Shown in pieces: positions 55,064 to 64,000 of a stretch of 64,000 nucleotides of DNA (positions within the stretch are counted from its first letter, which is position 1; each line of letters starts with the position of its first letter). The translations under genes and the position numbers were made by a program. Origin of the DNA: a virus. Location: the IMG/VR virus record IMGVR_UViG_3300005805_000042. One strand, written 5' to 3'. Under the pieces are notes generated by a model that saw only the letters and a program-made list of their open reading frames with translations, did not search any database and had not been told where the DNA came from.

Positions 55064-55694
55064 CATTGGAATTCATTATTTTTTAGAAAATGGAGTTAGG
55101 GTTCGAGTAGAAGGTCCTGATAATTATTACTATGTAGAAATAAGAGAGTATCCCAAAAATTCTACTGAATCATATTATTTAGAGGGATATCATCTAATTA
55201 AAGAACCTTCTTCTTGTTATGGAGTTCAAGTATTTCAGTATGATGTGAAATTTTATTATGACTTCGAACTTTTAGTTTATAAGTTAGATGTAAACCACGG
55301 ATTAGTACAAATCTTTCACCATAGATTCGATGATAGAGAAAAATTAGTTTTATTCAACATCGATAGTCATGATTTAAAAGAGGCTACTTTGTGGTATGAA
55401 AAATGTTTGTTGTACACCGATTTACACGGTTGCAAGCCTGTAATAAGAACTCATTTCGATGAATTGAACCATCGTAATAAAAATTATTTCTCTACAGATG
55501 TTTTCGAATTTTACAAAGTCTATAGTATAGGGCGTTATCCAAAAACTAGTCAGGATTTCCGTAGTATTGGAGACCAAAGAGTTGAAAACACAACTTGGTT
55601 TGGTTTATGGAAAAAATTCTGGTCTTACGAACATCCTCGTGAATGGAAATTGCTAACCTCCGAGGAAATAGTTGATGATATCCTCGGATTTTAG
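55044..55694 (+). CDS. Hypothetical protein, possibly related to the N-terminal part of Aah/TibC-type heptosyltransferases
   Basis: Weak resemblance only; co-transcribed with the carbamoyltransferases. Confidence 0.5.
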   Translation: MYTKINNIGIHYFLENGVRVRVEGPDNYYYVEIREYPKNSTESYYLEGYHLIKEPSSCYGVQVFQYDVKFYYDFELLVYKLDVNHGLVQIFHHRFDDREKLVLFNIDSHDLKEATLWYEKCLLYTDLHGCKPVIRTHFDELNHRNKNYFSTDVFEFYKVYSIGRYPKTSQDFRSIGDQRVENTTWFGLWKKFWSYEHPREWKLLTSEEIVDDILGF

Positions 55695-55860
55695 TATTTT
55701 TTGAGAATTAACTCTCAAATATGAATATTAAGAAATACTTCGAATTCACAAAAACTATAAACGGGACAAATTATTTCTTACAACAACTTTTAACAATTGG
55801 TTTGGCAGTTATAAACTTATACCTTATCTTTGTTAACTCAAATAATTTAAATTACAACGG

Positions 55861-56538
55861 ATGAACATTTCCCAAGAATTCAAAAAGTACGCAATGAGTG
55901 ATTACAATGTGTCTTCACTTACAATGTATAACTTCGAGAAACAAATCGAAAACTCACTAACCCCTTATATTTTGGAAGAGCGTGAACTTCGAGCAACTCA
56001 AATAGATATTTTTTCTCGATTGATGAGAGATAGACTTTTGTGGGTTGCAGGACCAGTCAATGATAATATGTCCACAATTGTTCAGGCACAACTAATGTTC
56101 TTGGATTCTGCCGATAAAACAGATATTACAATGCACATAGATTCTCCAGGTGGAAGTGTGAAATCAGGACTTTCTATTGTAGATGTCATGGATTATATCT
56201 CATGTGATATCCGTACTGTTAATACTGGTCTTGCCGCTTCTATGGGTTCGATATTGTTGGGAGCGGGAACCAAAGGAAAACGAAGTTCACTTCGATTCTC
56301 CCGTACAATGCTACACCAATCATCTGGTGGCGCTGGCGGAAATATTCAGGATGCTGAGATTACATTTAAAGAATGGAAGAAAATCAACGACACTCTATTT
56401 ATTCTTCTTGGTGACTATTGTGGAAAAGACTCTGAACAGGTCAAACAAGACGCACAACGCGATTTATGGCTCGATTCACAGGAAGCCTTAGATTATGGTA
56501 TTATCGATGAAATAGTGACAAAAAAAGGGGGTCAGTGA
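55861..56538 (+). CDS. clpP: ClpP protease subunit
   Basis: DIFSRLMRDR, IDSPGGSV, GLAASMGS (Ser), TMLHQ (His), RDLWLD (Asp). Confidence 0.97.
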   Translation: MNISQEFKKYAMSDYNVSSLTMYNFEKQIENSLTPYILEERELRATQIDIFSRLMRDRLLWVAGPVNDNMSTIVQAQLMFLDSADKTDITMHIDSPGGSVKSGLSIVDVMDYISCDIRTVNTGLAASMGSILLGAGTKGKRSSLRFSRTMLHQSSGGAGGNIQDAEITFKEWKKINDTLFILLGDYCGKDSEQVKQDAQRDLWLDSQEALDYGIIDEIVTKKGGQ

Positions 56539-56548
56539 CCCCCTTTAA
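56521..56548. terminator. Bidirectional terminator
   Basis: AAAGGGGGTCA-G-TGACCCCCTTT. Confidence 0.7.
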
Positions 56549-56611
56549 TAGATAAACACACCCCTTTCTTTTAACGTGTTTATATCAACACGAGTTTCCT
56601 CGGAAGATGCT

Positions 56612-57796
56612 TTAACGATTCAATCTGAAATCGAATTGGTATTCAACTTCACCTGTTGGTGTAGTTTGTTGTCTAACAACTGGTCGGTTAACATCACGAC
56701 CTGACTTTGGTAAAGTTGGGAACTTGGGGTCTCCTGTATACTTCTCACGGAGAGCCAAAATTGCCTTCTCAACATTTTTACCACCAATTCCCATGGTACC
56801 GAATTTGTGGTCTTGTCTCAGACAAGCATTAACTTCTTTCTTCATACCCTCTAAAGTACCGAAGTCATATTCTTCACCACTCCCCCCTCGTCTCCAAGCG
56901 TCGTAGTATGCCATAATAACTTTTCCACAATATTTTTCATTATATCTTTTTTGAACTTCTTTCTGTTGGTCACGAGTAATCTTAAGTAATTGTTTTCTAT
57001 CAATTTTACTTGGATTAAGATAAATTACAATATTTTTAGTGAGGCCAGCACTTTTAGGAATCATAACTTTTCCACTCCACCAAGTTTGTCTTTCTTGCTC
57101 GGTCATTTCATTTTCATACTTCCAAGGACCTCTTCCCTCTTCAGATTTTTCAATTCCGAATGAATTTAAATAAGAATCAATGATTTCAGTTTCTTTCGAA
57201 GTCGTCGCACCAGGTTGCATTGTAGCCGCTTTAGGTCTATAAAGTTTGGTTGTTCCTACTTGGATGATTTCAAGAACTGTTTGGTCTCCTTGGTTTGCAG
57301 GTACTTCGTATCCTGCTGGTAAATTATCATAAGTGAAGTATCCGTAACCACCTTGCTTGATATCCTTTGTAAGGGTTGCAATTAGATTATTTAATCTGTC
57401 TTCTTTAACATTCAATCCTTTACAGGACCATTTGTCAGCGCTTCTTACACCTGTTTTTCCTCCTTGACTAACTGTTACTAAGAAAGTTCCATCTCCAAAG
57501 AAATATACCTCATCACCTCTATCCCAAATAACTCTGTCACCTGACATTTTTTGTTCTGTTGGACGGTATAACAATGCGTTTTTACCATCTTTGGTTGCTG
57601 GTTTGGCTTGTCTGATAGCTTCATTGGTACACTTTTGTTGTGCTAATGCTAAAAATTGTTTCGGGTCGGTAACATCTTCAATTTGCTCGGAAACCAAAGA
57701 TTTGTCAAAAAGATGACCCATTAGAACATCTCTATACTTGTTGTGATTCTCAAGTATCGAGTTTCTCTCTTCTGTAGTAATTTTAATTCGTTTCAT
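56612..57796 (-). CDS. Late hypothetical protein with a leader (KITTEE..VSEQ)
   Basis: 394 aa; ATAAATA at 57807-57813. Confidence 0.75.
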   Translation of the reverse strand: MKRIKITTEERNSILENHNKYRDVLMGHLFDKSLVSEQIEDVTDPKQFLALAQQKCTNEAIRQAKPATKDGKNALLYRPTEQKMSGDRVIWDRGDEVYFFGDGTFLVTVSQGGKTGVRSADKWSCKGLNVKEDRLNNLIATLTKDIKQGGYGYFTYDNLPAGYEVPANQGDQTVLEIIQVGTTKLYRPKAATMQPGATTSKETEIIDSYLNSFGIEKSEEGRGPWKYENEMTEQERQTWWSGKVMIPKSAGLTKNIVIYLNPSKIDRKQLLKITRDQQKEVQKRYNEKYCGKVIMAYYDAWRRGGSGEEYDFGTLEGMKKEVNACLRQDHKFGTMGIGGKNVEKAILALREKYTGDPKFPTLPKSGRDVNRPVVRQQTTPTGEVEYQFDFRLNR

Positions 57797-57816
57797 ATCT
57801 TATATGATAAATACAC

Positions 57817-60309
57817 TTATGATAGGTCTAAAATCTCAGAACCCCTTGATGTTTTAGGAAATTTGCGATAGAAATCTTCAGCTTCTTTCTTTTCTTTCTG
57901 AATTTGGATATTTGTCTCTAAAGTTCTTTTTATTAAATCACAAATTCTATTAACATCTGAGTCGTTGAACCCATTCTGCCATCCATAACTACCCAATTCG
58001 TTGTAAAGTTGTTTGTCAAAGTTTCCTGTATTGGGTAAATTTAAACATTGTTGAATTTGTTTGATAGACTCTGAGTTACAACCTAATTGATTGAAACCTG
58101 TGCATGGGGTAAATTGATTTGTAAGATTATCCCGAACTTTTTGAGGGTCACTTGTGGGTTTTTTTTCTTCTAATTTTTTTCTAAGTAACCATAATTCATA
58201 TTGAACTTTCGCCTTTTCAGCTAAATCTACAGAGGTGTTTTTAACATTTTCTGCAAATTTATTAAGTTCTTCTAATGCCTTTCTGAAAGTTTCGCTGTTT
58301 TTTACACTTTGAACTTCTTTTTTAAGTTCTTCAACTTTTTTGTCTAATTCCTCTCCAGCAGAATTTTCTTCCTCTTCTTTAGGTGGGATGATAAGCTGTT
58401 CTATTATTTTATTTTTTCTAATAGACTCAGTAACAGGAGGTGTGAAATAATTTTTGAGATATTCACGAACTCTTGGGTTAGTTATTGGACTTGATGTTGT
58501 TTCTGTCATACTTGAGTCTGTGAAATGTACAGCTTCCCAAACCCCTTTTGGATTAACTAATTGTACATCTTTATTAGACTCTCTTCCCTTTTCAAATGCT
58601 ATTGCAAGTGTGTCATTGTCCTGCATATAAACACGGTCTTGTAAAAACTGTAAATCACCAGACAGAGTTAATTTTAAATCCTCAGGAATAGAAAATTGAC
58701 CTTTTTCTATTTTTTTAGCATCTTTTTCAATTTTTTCAATATCTTCTTCGGGTATATTAGCAGCTTTTGCAACTTTTTTCCATAACCATTCTGCCCACAC
58801 ATCTGGACCTCCCCATAAAGATGGGCTTTGAGTTAATAAAACACCTAACATTACATTCAAAGGGGCTCTGGCCATGCTATTCCAATAAGGAACGGCAAAC
58901 GATATTCCTTGAGCGTTACCTAAGAAATCAACCACAAACGCATCCAATGCCTTAAGAATGCCAAAACCGTCTCTTTGACGCGTTTCATCATATTTTTTTG
59001 TATCAAATGGGGTGGAAAATCCAAATTTTTCTGAATATTTGTTGACAAGGTCTTTAAATCCAGTGGTATACGCAACTGCTGAGGCCGCCGATAATATAGC
59101 ATTAGCTATTATGGCCCCCATACCCGATTTTAGAAGTAAAACAAAAAGATACTGTGCTGCTCTTTTTCGGTCTTTGATACCTTGCATTTGGATAGCTTTC
59201 CTGTAGATATCCGATTTTGTAGCCCACTGACCTGTAACCAAAAAAGCTTTTAAATTTTCACCCAATCTTATTTTTGCTAAATTAGATATTTTGTCTGGTA
59301 ATATTTTGTTTAACCATTTACTCTCTTCACCAGAAAAATCTATAAATTTAAAATCCTCGGGTATACTTTCGAATGCTGCTTTGATACCTGGGTCGCTATT
59401 TCTTAATTGTCTAAAAATTTTAAAAATATCTTGGTCGCCGGATTTAATCAAATTGTTTAACTCGTCAGGCAAACTTAATTTTCTGAATTCATCTTTACCA
59501 ATATCATCACCTTTCATGAAAATTTGATTCAACTTACGAGATATTGCTAAGGCATAGGCTTCTTGAAGTTGTTGTCTTTGTTCATTTCCCTCAGATAAAA
59601 TCAATTTTTCAACAAATTCCTCAGACAAATCCTCAATGTCTTTTATAAGACTTTTTGTTTCAGTGTACATTACCTCAAAAACATCTCTTACAAAGCTTTT
59701 ACCACCTTTTGAATTTACTGCATTAGCTAAAGATTTAATTTGTGATTTACCCAATATTTCTTTACGTAAAGGTCGATATTCTCTTGTTAAATAATATCTT
59801 ACAGCGTCTTGAAATTCTATTTCTAATTTATCAATCTCGCTTATTTCGAAAAATTCATCAATATTTTCTTGTAACTTTCTGTTAGGGTTGCTATTCAAAA
59901 TAGATTCGAAAATAGTCCTAAAATCTTGAAAGTTAGGGGTGAGTTTGCTACTTATAACTTCGGTTACAAACTGGTTTACGTCAGGAATGTTTTGACTTAT
60001 TAATGATTTAACTGCCGCAGTTAATTGGGCATCATTTAATGAACTAAAAGTTCGTCTCAAAGAACCAACACTATCTGGTCTATTTTGAAACTGTTTCAAA
60101 TCATCTAAAACTTTTTCTAAATTTGCCGTAGGCAAATCTCTAACAACATTTCTAAGTTTTTTTCCAATATCATCAACCCAACTAATTTGGATATTAGGAG
60201 CTTCATTTAACAAAAATTTTTTTACAGACGAACGGTTACTAAACCATTCATTATAAATTTTAATTTTGGCAATTTCTTTAATTAAATTTTTATTTTCTTG
60301 GCTTTTCAT
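57817..60309 (-). CDS. Large late protein with TM segments and a C-terminal peptidoglycan-binding-like domain
   Basis: LLNEA leader site; hydrophobic region around aa 390-500; GCNSESIKQIQQCLNLPNTGNFD. Confidence 0.75.
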   Translation of the reverse strand: MKSQENKNLIKEIAKIKIYNEWFSNRSSVKKFLLNEAPNIQISWVDDIGKKLRNVVRDLPTANLEKVLDDLKQFQNRPDSVGSLRRTFSSLNDAQLTAAVKSLISQNIPDVNQFVTEVISSKLTPNFQDFRTIFESILNSNPNRKLQENIDEFFEISEIDKLEIEFQDAVRYYLTREYRPLRKEILGKSQIKSLANAVNSKGGKSFVRDVFEVMYTETKSLIKDIEDLSEEFVEKLILSEGNEQRQQLQEAYALAISRKLNQIFMKGDDIGKDEFRKLSLPDELNNLIKSGDQDIFKIFRQLRNSDPGIKAAFESIPEDFKFIDFSGEESKWLNKILPDKISNLAKIRLGENLKAFLVTGQWATKSDIYRKAIQMQGIKDRKRAAQYLFVLLLKSGMGAIIANAILSAASAVAYTTGFKDLVNKYSEKFGFSTPFDTKKYDETRQRDGFGILKALDAFVVDFLGNAQGISFAVPYWNSMARAPLNVMLGVLLTQSPSLWGGPDVWAEWLWKKVAKAANIPEEDIEKIEKDAKKIEKGQFSIPEDLKLTLSGDLQFLQDRVYMQDNDTLAIAFEKGRESNKDVQLVNPKGVWEAVHFTDSSMTETTSSPITNPRVREYLKNYFTPPVTESIRKNKIIEQLIIPPKEEEENSAGEELDKKVEELKKEVQSVKNSETFRKALEELNKFAENVKNTSVDLAEKAKVQYELWLLRKKLEEKKPTSDPQKVRDNLTNQFTPCTGFNQLGCNSESIKQIQQCLNLPNTGNFDKQLYNELGSYGWQNGFNDSDVNRICDLIKRTLETNIQIQKEKKEAEDFYRKFPKTSRGSEILDLS

Positions 60310-60350
60310 GATGCTTAAATATTTTATAAATACCCTTTTTTTTTAAATTG

Positions 60351-61748
60351 TTATTGTTTTTTTCCTCTTAGTGCTTCAGCTCTTTTTTGCATTGCAGCCA
60401 CAATCTCAGGTCTGAAAGATATTCGACTTTCAATATTTTCCTTGAAACGTTTAGATTCGGCATCAAATTCTTGAGAACTATCGGTCTTACCCATGTTAAT
60501 TAAGGATTTTGCATATTCTTCATTATCAATTAACTCCAAGTTATGTTGTTTGATTTCATCATCAGTCATTTGACTTTCAATATCCTTCAAAAAAGACATC
60601 ATTCTTTGTTTTTCTTGTTCACTAAATGAATCAGGACCAAAAAATGCCACACCTAAAACTAATAATATCGCTGAACTTAATTGAACTCCAGCACCTTTCC
60701 ACCATTTTTGGTCTATAAGTGCAATTTTCTTCAAAATTGATTTATCTGTAAGTCCTTGAGTTAATAGTTTATTCAAACCTTCTTCCATGATTTTTTTAAA
60801 CTCGGTAGGGTCAGTTTTCATAACTTGTGAAAAAAGATACTTTTCAGGCTCATCTAAAACATCCTCATAGAATTTAGTAACATCATCGGCATTTTTTAAT
60901 TCAGCTTTTGAGGCTTTTTCAGCGATAGATTCTGCAACTTCTTTATTAGCCCCTTTGATGACTCGCATGAATGGGAAAAAGTCTGTTAAAGGTAAAAGTG
61001 AGAATACAAGTGCCAATCCCATGGAAGTTGTTATATCTTCTCCTTGTTTAATTTCATAAATGGAAAAAGGAATATTAACGGCTAATTCACCTAATACTTG
61101 TGCTAATATCCTCATGGCTAATGGTGCACCTAATCCCAAAGTGAACTTTTCAATTATAATAGAAATTGCTATTGAACCTACAATTTGAAATACCACACCC
61201 CATTTATCCATAAATTTTTCTCCCCAAGATTTGAAATCTTCGGGATTGGGTGTTTTGTAAAATTCTCCATTAGCATTGACGTATCCTTTGAAATATAAAC
61301 CTTTCGAATCATCGTAAGTTAATATTCCACCAAAGCTATCACCATCTATTTTAAACTTTCTAACAGTTCCTGGTACAAGAATTTTTTTCAAATCTTCTTC
61401 AGTCAGGTTGTATTTTTTAGAAATTTCAGAACCATTTTTAAACCACATCCAAGAAACAAAAGGTGTGTATTTTACAATTGAACTTTCGCTTTCTGAAGGA
61501 ATGTATATGTAATCAACTCCTCCCTGAGGGTCACCAAATGCTGGTGTTAGAAATGCTTTGTACCCTTCGATTGGGTAAACCTTGAATTGTTCAAAGTCTT
61601 GAGCCTCTTTAGATATTGGAGTTTTTTCAGTTGATTTTAAATCAAGGGCACCAGTAAGAGGTACTGTCTGTTCAGACAAAGTTTTTTTTGGGTCATAAAA
61701 CATCTTGACCTTTATTTCATTTAATATGTCTAATTGAACTTGATTCAT
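60351..61748 (-). CDS. Late protein with several hydrophobic helices
   Basis: TLSEQ site; helices WGVVFQIVGSIAISIII, MGLALVFSLL and SSAILLVLGVAFF. Confidence 0.75.
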   Translation of the reverse strand: MNQVQLDILNEIKVKMFYDPKKTLSEQTVPLTGALDLKSTEKTPISKEAQDFEQFKVYPIEGYKAFLTPAFGDPQGGVDYIYIPSESESSIVKYTPFVSWMWFKNGSEISKKYNLTEEDLKKILVPGTVRKFKIDGDSFGGILTYDDSKGLYFKGYVNANGEFYKTPNPEDFKSWGEKFMDKWGVVFQIVGSIAISIIIEKFTLGLGAPLAMRILAQVLGELAVNIPFSIYEIKQGEDITTSMGLALVFSLLPLTDFFPFMRVIKGANKEVAESIAEKASKAELKNADDVTKFYEDVLDEPEKYLFSQVMKTDPTEFKKIMEEGLNKLLTQGLTDKSILKKIALIDQKWWKGAGVQLSSAILLVLGVAFFGPDSFSEQEKQRMMSFLKDIESQMTDDEIKQHNLELIDNEEYAKSLINMGKTDSSQEFDAESKRFKENIESRISFRPEIVAAMQKRAEALRGKKQ

Positions 61749-62023
61749 GTGAGGGGATTGGCTTTACCTCTTGAAACACCTGAGTCCCACTTATATTTGG
61801 GGTCACCCATATAAGTTTTACCCATAGACCTGTCACTTTTCCACACATATCCATGTCCACCATAAGTTTTACCCATCTTTCTTCCCGACTCCCATGATTT
61901 GGCACTTGATGTTGAACCAGCAGAACCCCCCGTTTCAGCAGAGTCCTCTTGTTCTACCATCTCATTTTTGGATGATAAAACCTTAGATATGGTCTTTATT
62001 ATATTATCAACATTCAAATCCAT
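61745..62023 (-). CDS. Small late protein with W-x-S-G-R..GK repeats
   Basis: Three imperfect repeats; ATAAATA at 62028-62034. Confidence 0.7.
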   Translation of the reverse strand: MDLNVDNIIKTISKVLSSKNEMVEQEDSAETGGSAGSTSSAKSWESGRKMGKTYGGHGYVWKSDRSMGKTYMGDPKYKWDSGVSRGKANPLT

Positions 62024-62071
62024 AAAGATAAATATTTTGATTATCCATAAAATAGTGTTATATTTTGTTTT

Positions 62072-62596
62072 ATGAAGAAACTATGGGTATTTATTGTCTT
62101 TTTTGTTGTAGGTTGTGAGGTTTACACCACTGAAACCAAAACACCCACCTTAAGTGGTAAGTATGTGATTAACCTCATTCAGATGTATCCTACAGACCAA
62201 GATGTATCCCCAAATAAAACTTACTATCCTGCAGATACTTTTATCTCTGAGCTCCCTTATCCTTTTGATACCTTAGTCATCGGCAATTTTTTCCTACACT
62301 TTGACTATTCGATGGTAATGATGAAAAGAATGGGTGTGGACTTTGGTGGTCGGGATATATGGGAGATTGGACCCACACCATATTATATTAGAAATGGGAC
62401 ACCCTTTTACACTGGTGACTTACAGTTCACATATGAATATAAAAAGGGGGGTAACACACATTGGATTACCTCAACATTCACCATTATTGATGATGGGTAC
62501 GAACATTTGATTATTCAGACCAAAGGATATTGGCCCAATGTTGAGATGGGTGAAAATTTACACACCACATTTACTCTAACAAGAGTCGGACCTTAA
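62072..62596 (+). CDS. Lipoprotein
   Basis: MKKLWVFIVFFVVGC lipobox. Confidence 0.75.
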   Translation: MKKLWVFIVFFVVGCEVYTTETKTPTLSGKYVINLIQMYPTDQDVSPNKTYYPADTFISELPYPFDTLVIGNFFLHFDYSMVMMKRMGVDFGGRDIWEIGPTPYYIRNGTPFYTGDLQFTYEYKKGGNTHWITSTFTIIDDGYEHLIIQTKGYWPNVEMGENLHTTFTLTRVGP

Positions 62597-62913
62597 TAGA
62601 TTGTTGGTTTTGGTAGATTTTCAGGGTTAACAAGGTAATACTCGTTCAGAAAAGATATGAGTTCCTCTTCATCAACGGTAATGTCCTCTTCAAAATCATA
62701 ATCACTTTCATCTTCATAATCGTCGTCATCATCAATGTCCTCGAAAAAGTCAAAATCTTCGATGGTGATGTCATAACCATATTCTTCAACTAAAGAATAA
62801 TCTATTTTATCGGTTCTTTGTTCATCCTCAGCATCTTCTATGGTCCTGAATGAAACATCAAGAATATTAGATTTTAAGTTGATGTTGTAATTTAGTATCT
62901 CTAAAATTTCCAT
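62593..62913 (-). CDS. Acidic hypothetical protein
   Basis: 106 aa; TATATTTG at 62931-62938. Confidence 0.7.
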   Translation of the reverse strand: MEILEILNYNINLKSNILDVSFRTIEDAEDEQRTDKIDYSLVEEYGYDITIEDFDFFEDIDDDDDYEDESDYDFEEDITVDEEELISFLNEYYLVNPENLPKPTIY

Positions 62914-63001
62914 AATAAAACTTTATTAAACAAATATATTAAATCCATAGAAAATACTTTTCTTATTTAAACAAAATGATTATTTTTCTAAAAAAAATTA
63001 T

Positions 63002-63580
63002 ATGAGAATCAACTCTTTAGTAATCGATGATTTTTATTCTAACCCTACCGAAGTTAGAGAATTTGCATTAAAACAAGAATTTAAAGTCAGAGGAAACTAC
63101 CCAGGGCAAAGAACCGAATCATTTTTAAATGATGCAATAAAAGCCAAAATTCAAGAAATTTTATACCCCATTGCTGGCACTGTCACCTTTTGGGGTGGTG
63201 AATACACTGGTTCCTTTCAGTATACAGTAGCCAAAGACCGTTCATGGATACATTCCGACTCAACCACCGATTGGGCTTGTTTGGTTTATTTAACCCCTGA
63301 CGCACCCATAACCGCTGGTACAGGTATTTTCAAACACAAAGAGACTGATTTGATGACTTGGGATTATAGAAACAAAAGTCCTGAATATCTTAAATCCGCA
63401 CCTCCAGGAGACGATTTTCAGGATATGACAAAGTGGGACATGGTTGATAGATTTGGTAATCTTTTCAATAGAATGATAATGTACCGAGCAGACAATTACC
63501 ATATGTCTTTAGACTACTTTGGTAATAGCAAAGAAAATGGTAGATTATTTCAAGTTTTCTTTTTGAATACTGAACGATAG
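63002..63580 (+). CDS. 2OG-Fe(II) oxygenase-like protein (DUF6445-like)
   Basis: VIDDFY.NP..VR, WIHSD..WACLVYL, AGTG, FNRMIMY..YH, RLFQVFF. Confidence 0.8.
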   Translation: MRINSLVIDDFYSNPTEVREFALKQEFKVRGNYPGQRTESFLNDAIKAKIQEILYPIAGTVTFWGGEYTGSFQYTVAKDRSWIHSDSTTDWACLVYLTPDAPITAGTGIFKHKETDLMTWDYRNKSPEYLKSAPPGDDFQDMTKWDMVDRFGNLFNRMIMYRADNYHMSLDYFGNSKENGRLFQVFFLNTER

Positions 63581-63582
63581 TA

Positions 63583-64000
63583 TTATTCGAAAATTGTGGG
63601 GTCAGTTAAATAAATTACCTCAGTGAGTCCTTCTAAACAATAACATTTTACTTCTTGGCTGGTGCCAGCAATTTTTTGACCGTTTTTAAAACCGATAAAT
63701 TTGGGTCCATAACAACCACAAGTAGGATTAAAAAGTTGCGTACCTACATATCTAAATCTGTATAAAAATGGTAGTGAATCTTCAATAATAGACTCGTAAA
63801 CTTTTATACCCAATTCTTCAACTAAGATATCAAGGGGTGATGTACATTTTTCCCCATTAATTGGGGACAAGGGTCTAATAGCCAAACCCTTTGTACAACC
63901 CCCATCATTCACATTTCGGTTAACAAAATGCCAAAAAAAAACTTCTTCTTCTTTAGCAATTTTATTAAACTCTGAAATGTCAATTATTTGAAATTTGGTC
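63583..64000 (-). CDS. Gene entering from beyond the window, Cys-rich, possibly thioredoxin-like
   Basis: The frame of ORF 63583..63912 stays open to the window end (TKFQIIDISEFNK..). Confidence 0.55.
   Translation of the reverse strand, partial: TKFQIIDISEFNKIAKEEEVFFWHFVNRNVNDGGCTKGLAIRPLSPINGEKCTSPLDILVEELGIKVYESIIEDSLPFLYRFRYVGTQLFNPTCGCYGPKFIGFKNGQKIAGTSQEVKCYCLEGLTEVIYLTDPTIFE

Noticed and set aside
1-64000. Alternative genetic code (stop-codon reassignment)
   Set aside because: Core genes are intact in code 11. TGA (e.g. 3560-3562) and TAG (e.g. 3771-3773) end genes at sensible junctions, and no CTA or TCA suppressor tRNA was seen.
1-64000. CRISPR array, DGR or IS element
   Set aside because: No regularly spaced repeats, reverse transcriptase, transposase or TR/VR pair was recognised. 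The repeats seen are coding Thr/Pro tracts.

Overview
This 64 kb window comes from a large T4-like (jumbo) dsDNA phage using genetic code 11. The host is very probably Bacteroidota: TAnnTTTG -7 promoters recur, Shine-Dalgarno sequences are not evident, and there is a Bacteroidota-type bS21. Left part: a gp55-like late sigma factor, baseplate-type genes and the head module (major capsid, scaffold, prohead protease, portal, large terminase), with a phage rpsU/bS21 inserted antisense. Middle part: a UVR-repeat protein divergent from an N-domain-less ClpC-type ATPase, and a family of late proteins sharing a leader helix and (I/L/V)-x-E motifs. It also holds a dense RNA region: a tmRNA with a 194-nt group I intron in its T-loop, an approximately 230-nt minimal RNase P RNA, about 10 near-canonical tRNAs, several atypical or relic tRNAs, and three unexplained structured RNAs. 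Right part: glycan/base-modification enzymes including two tandem carbamoyltransferases, ClpP, and large late membrane-type proteins. Late genes are preceded by TATTTAT(A), the reverse complement of the T4 late promoter. All calls come from motif recognition and manual folding; no searches were run.
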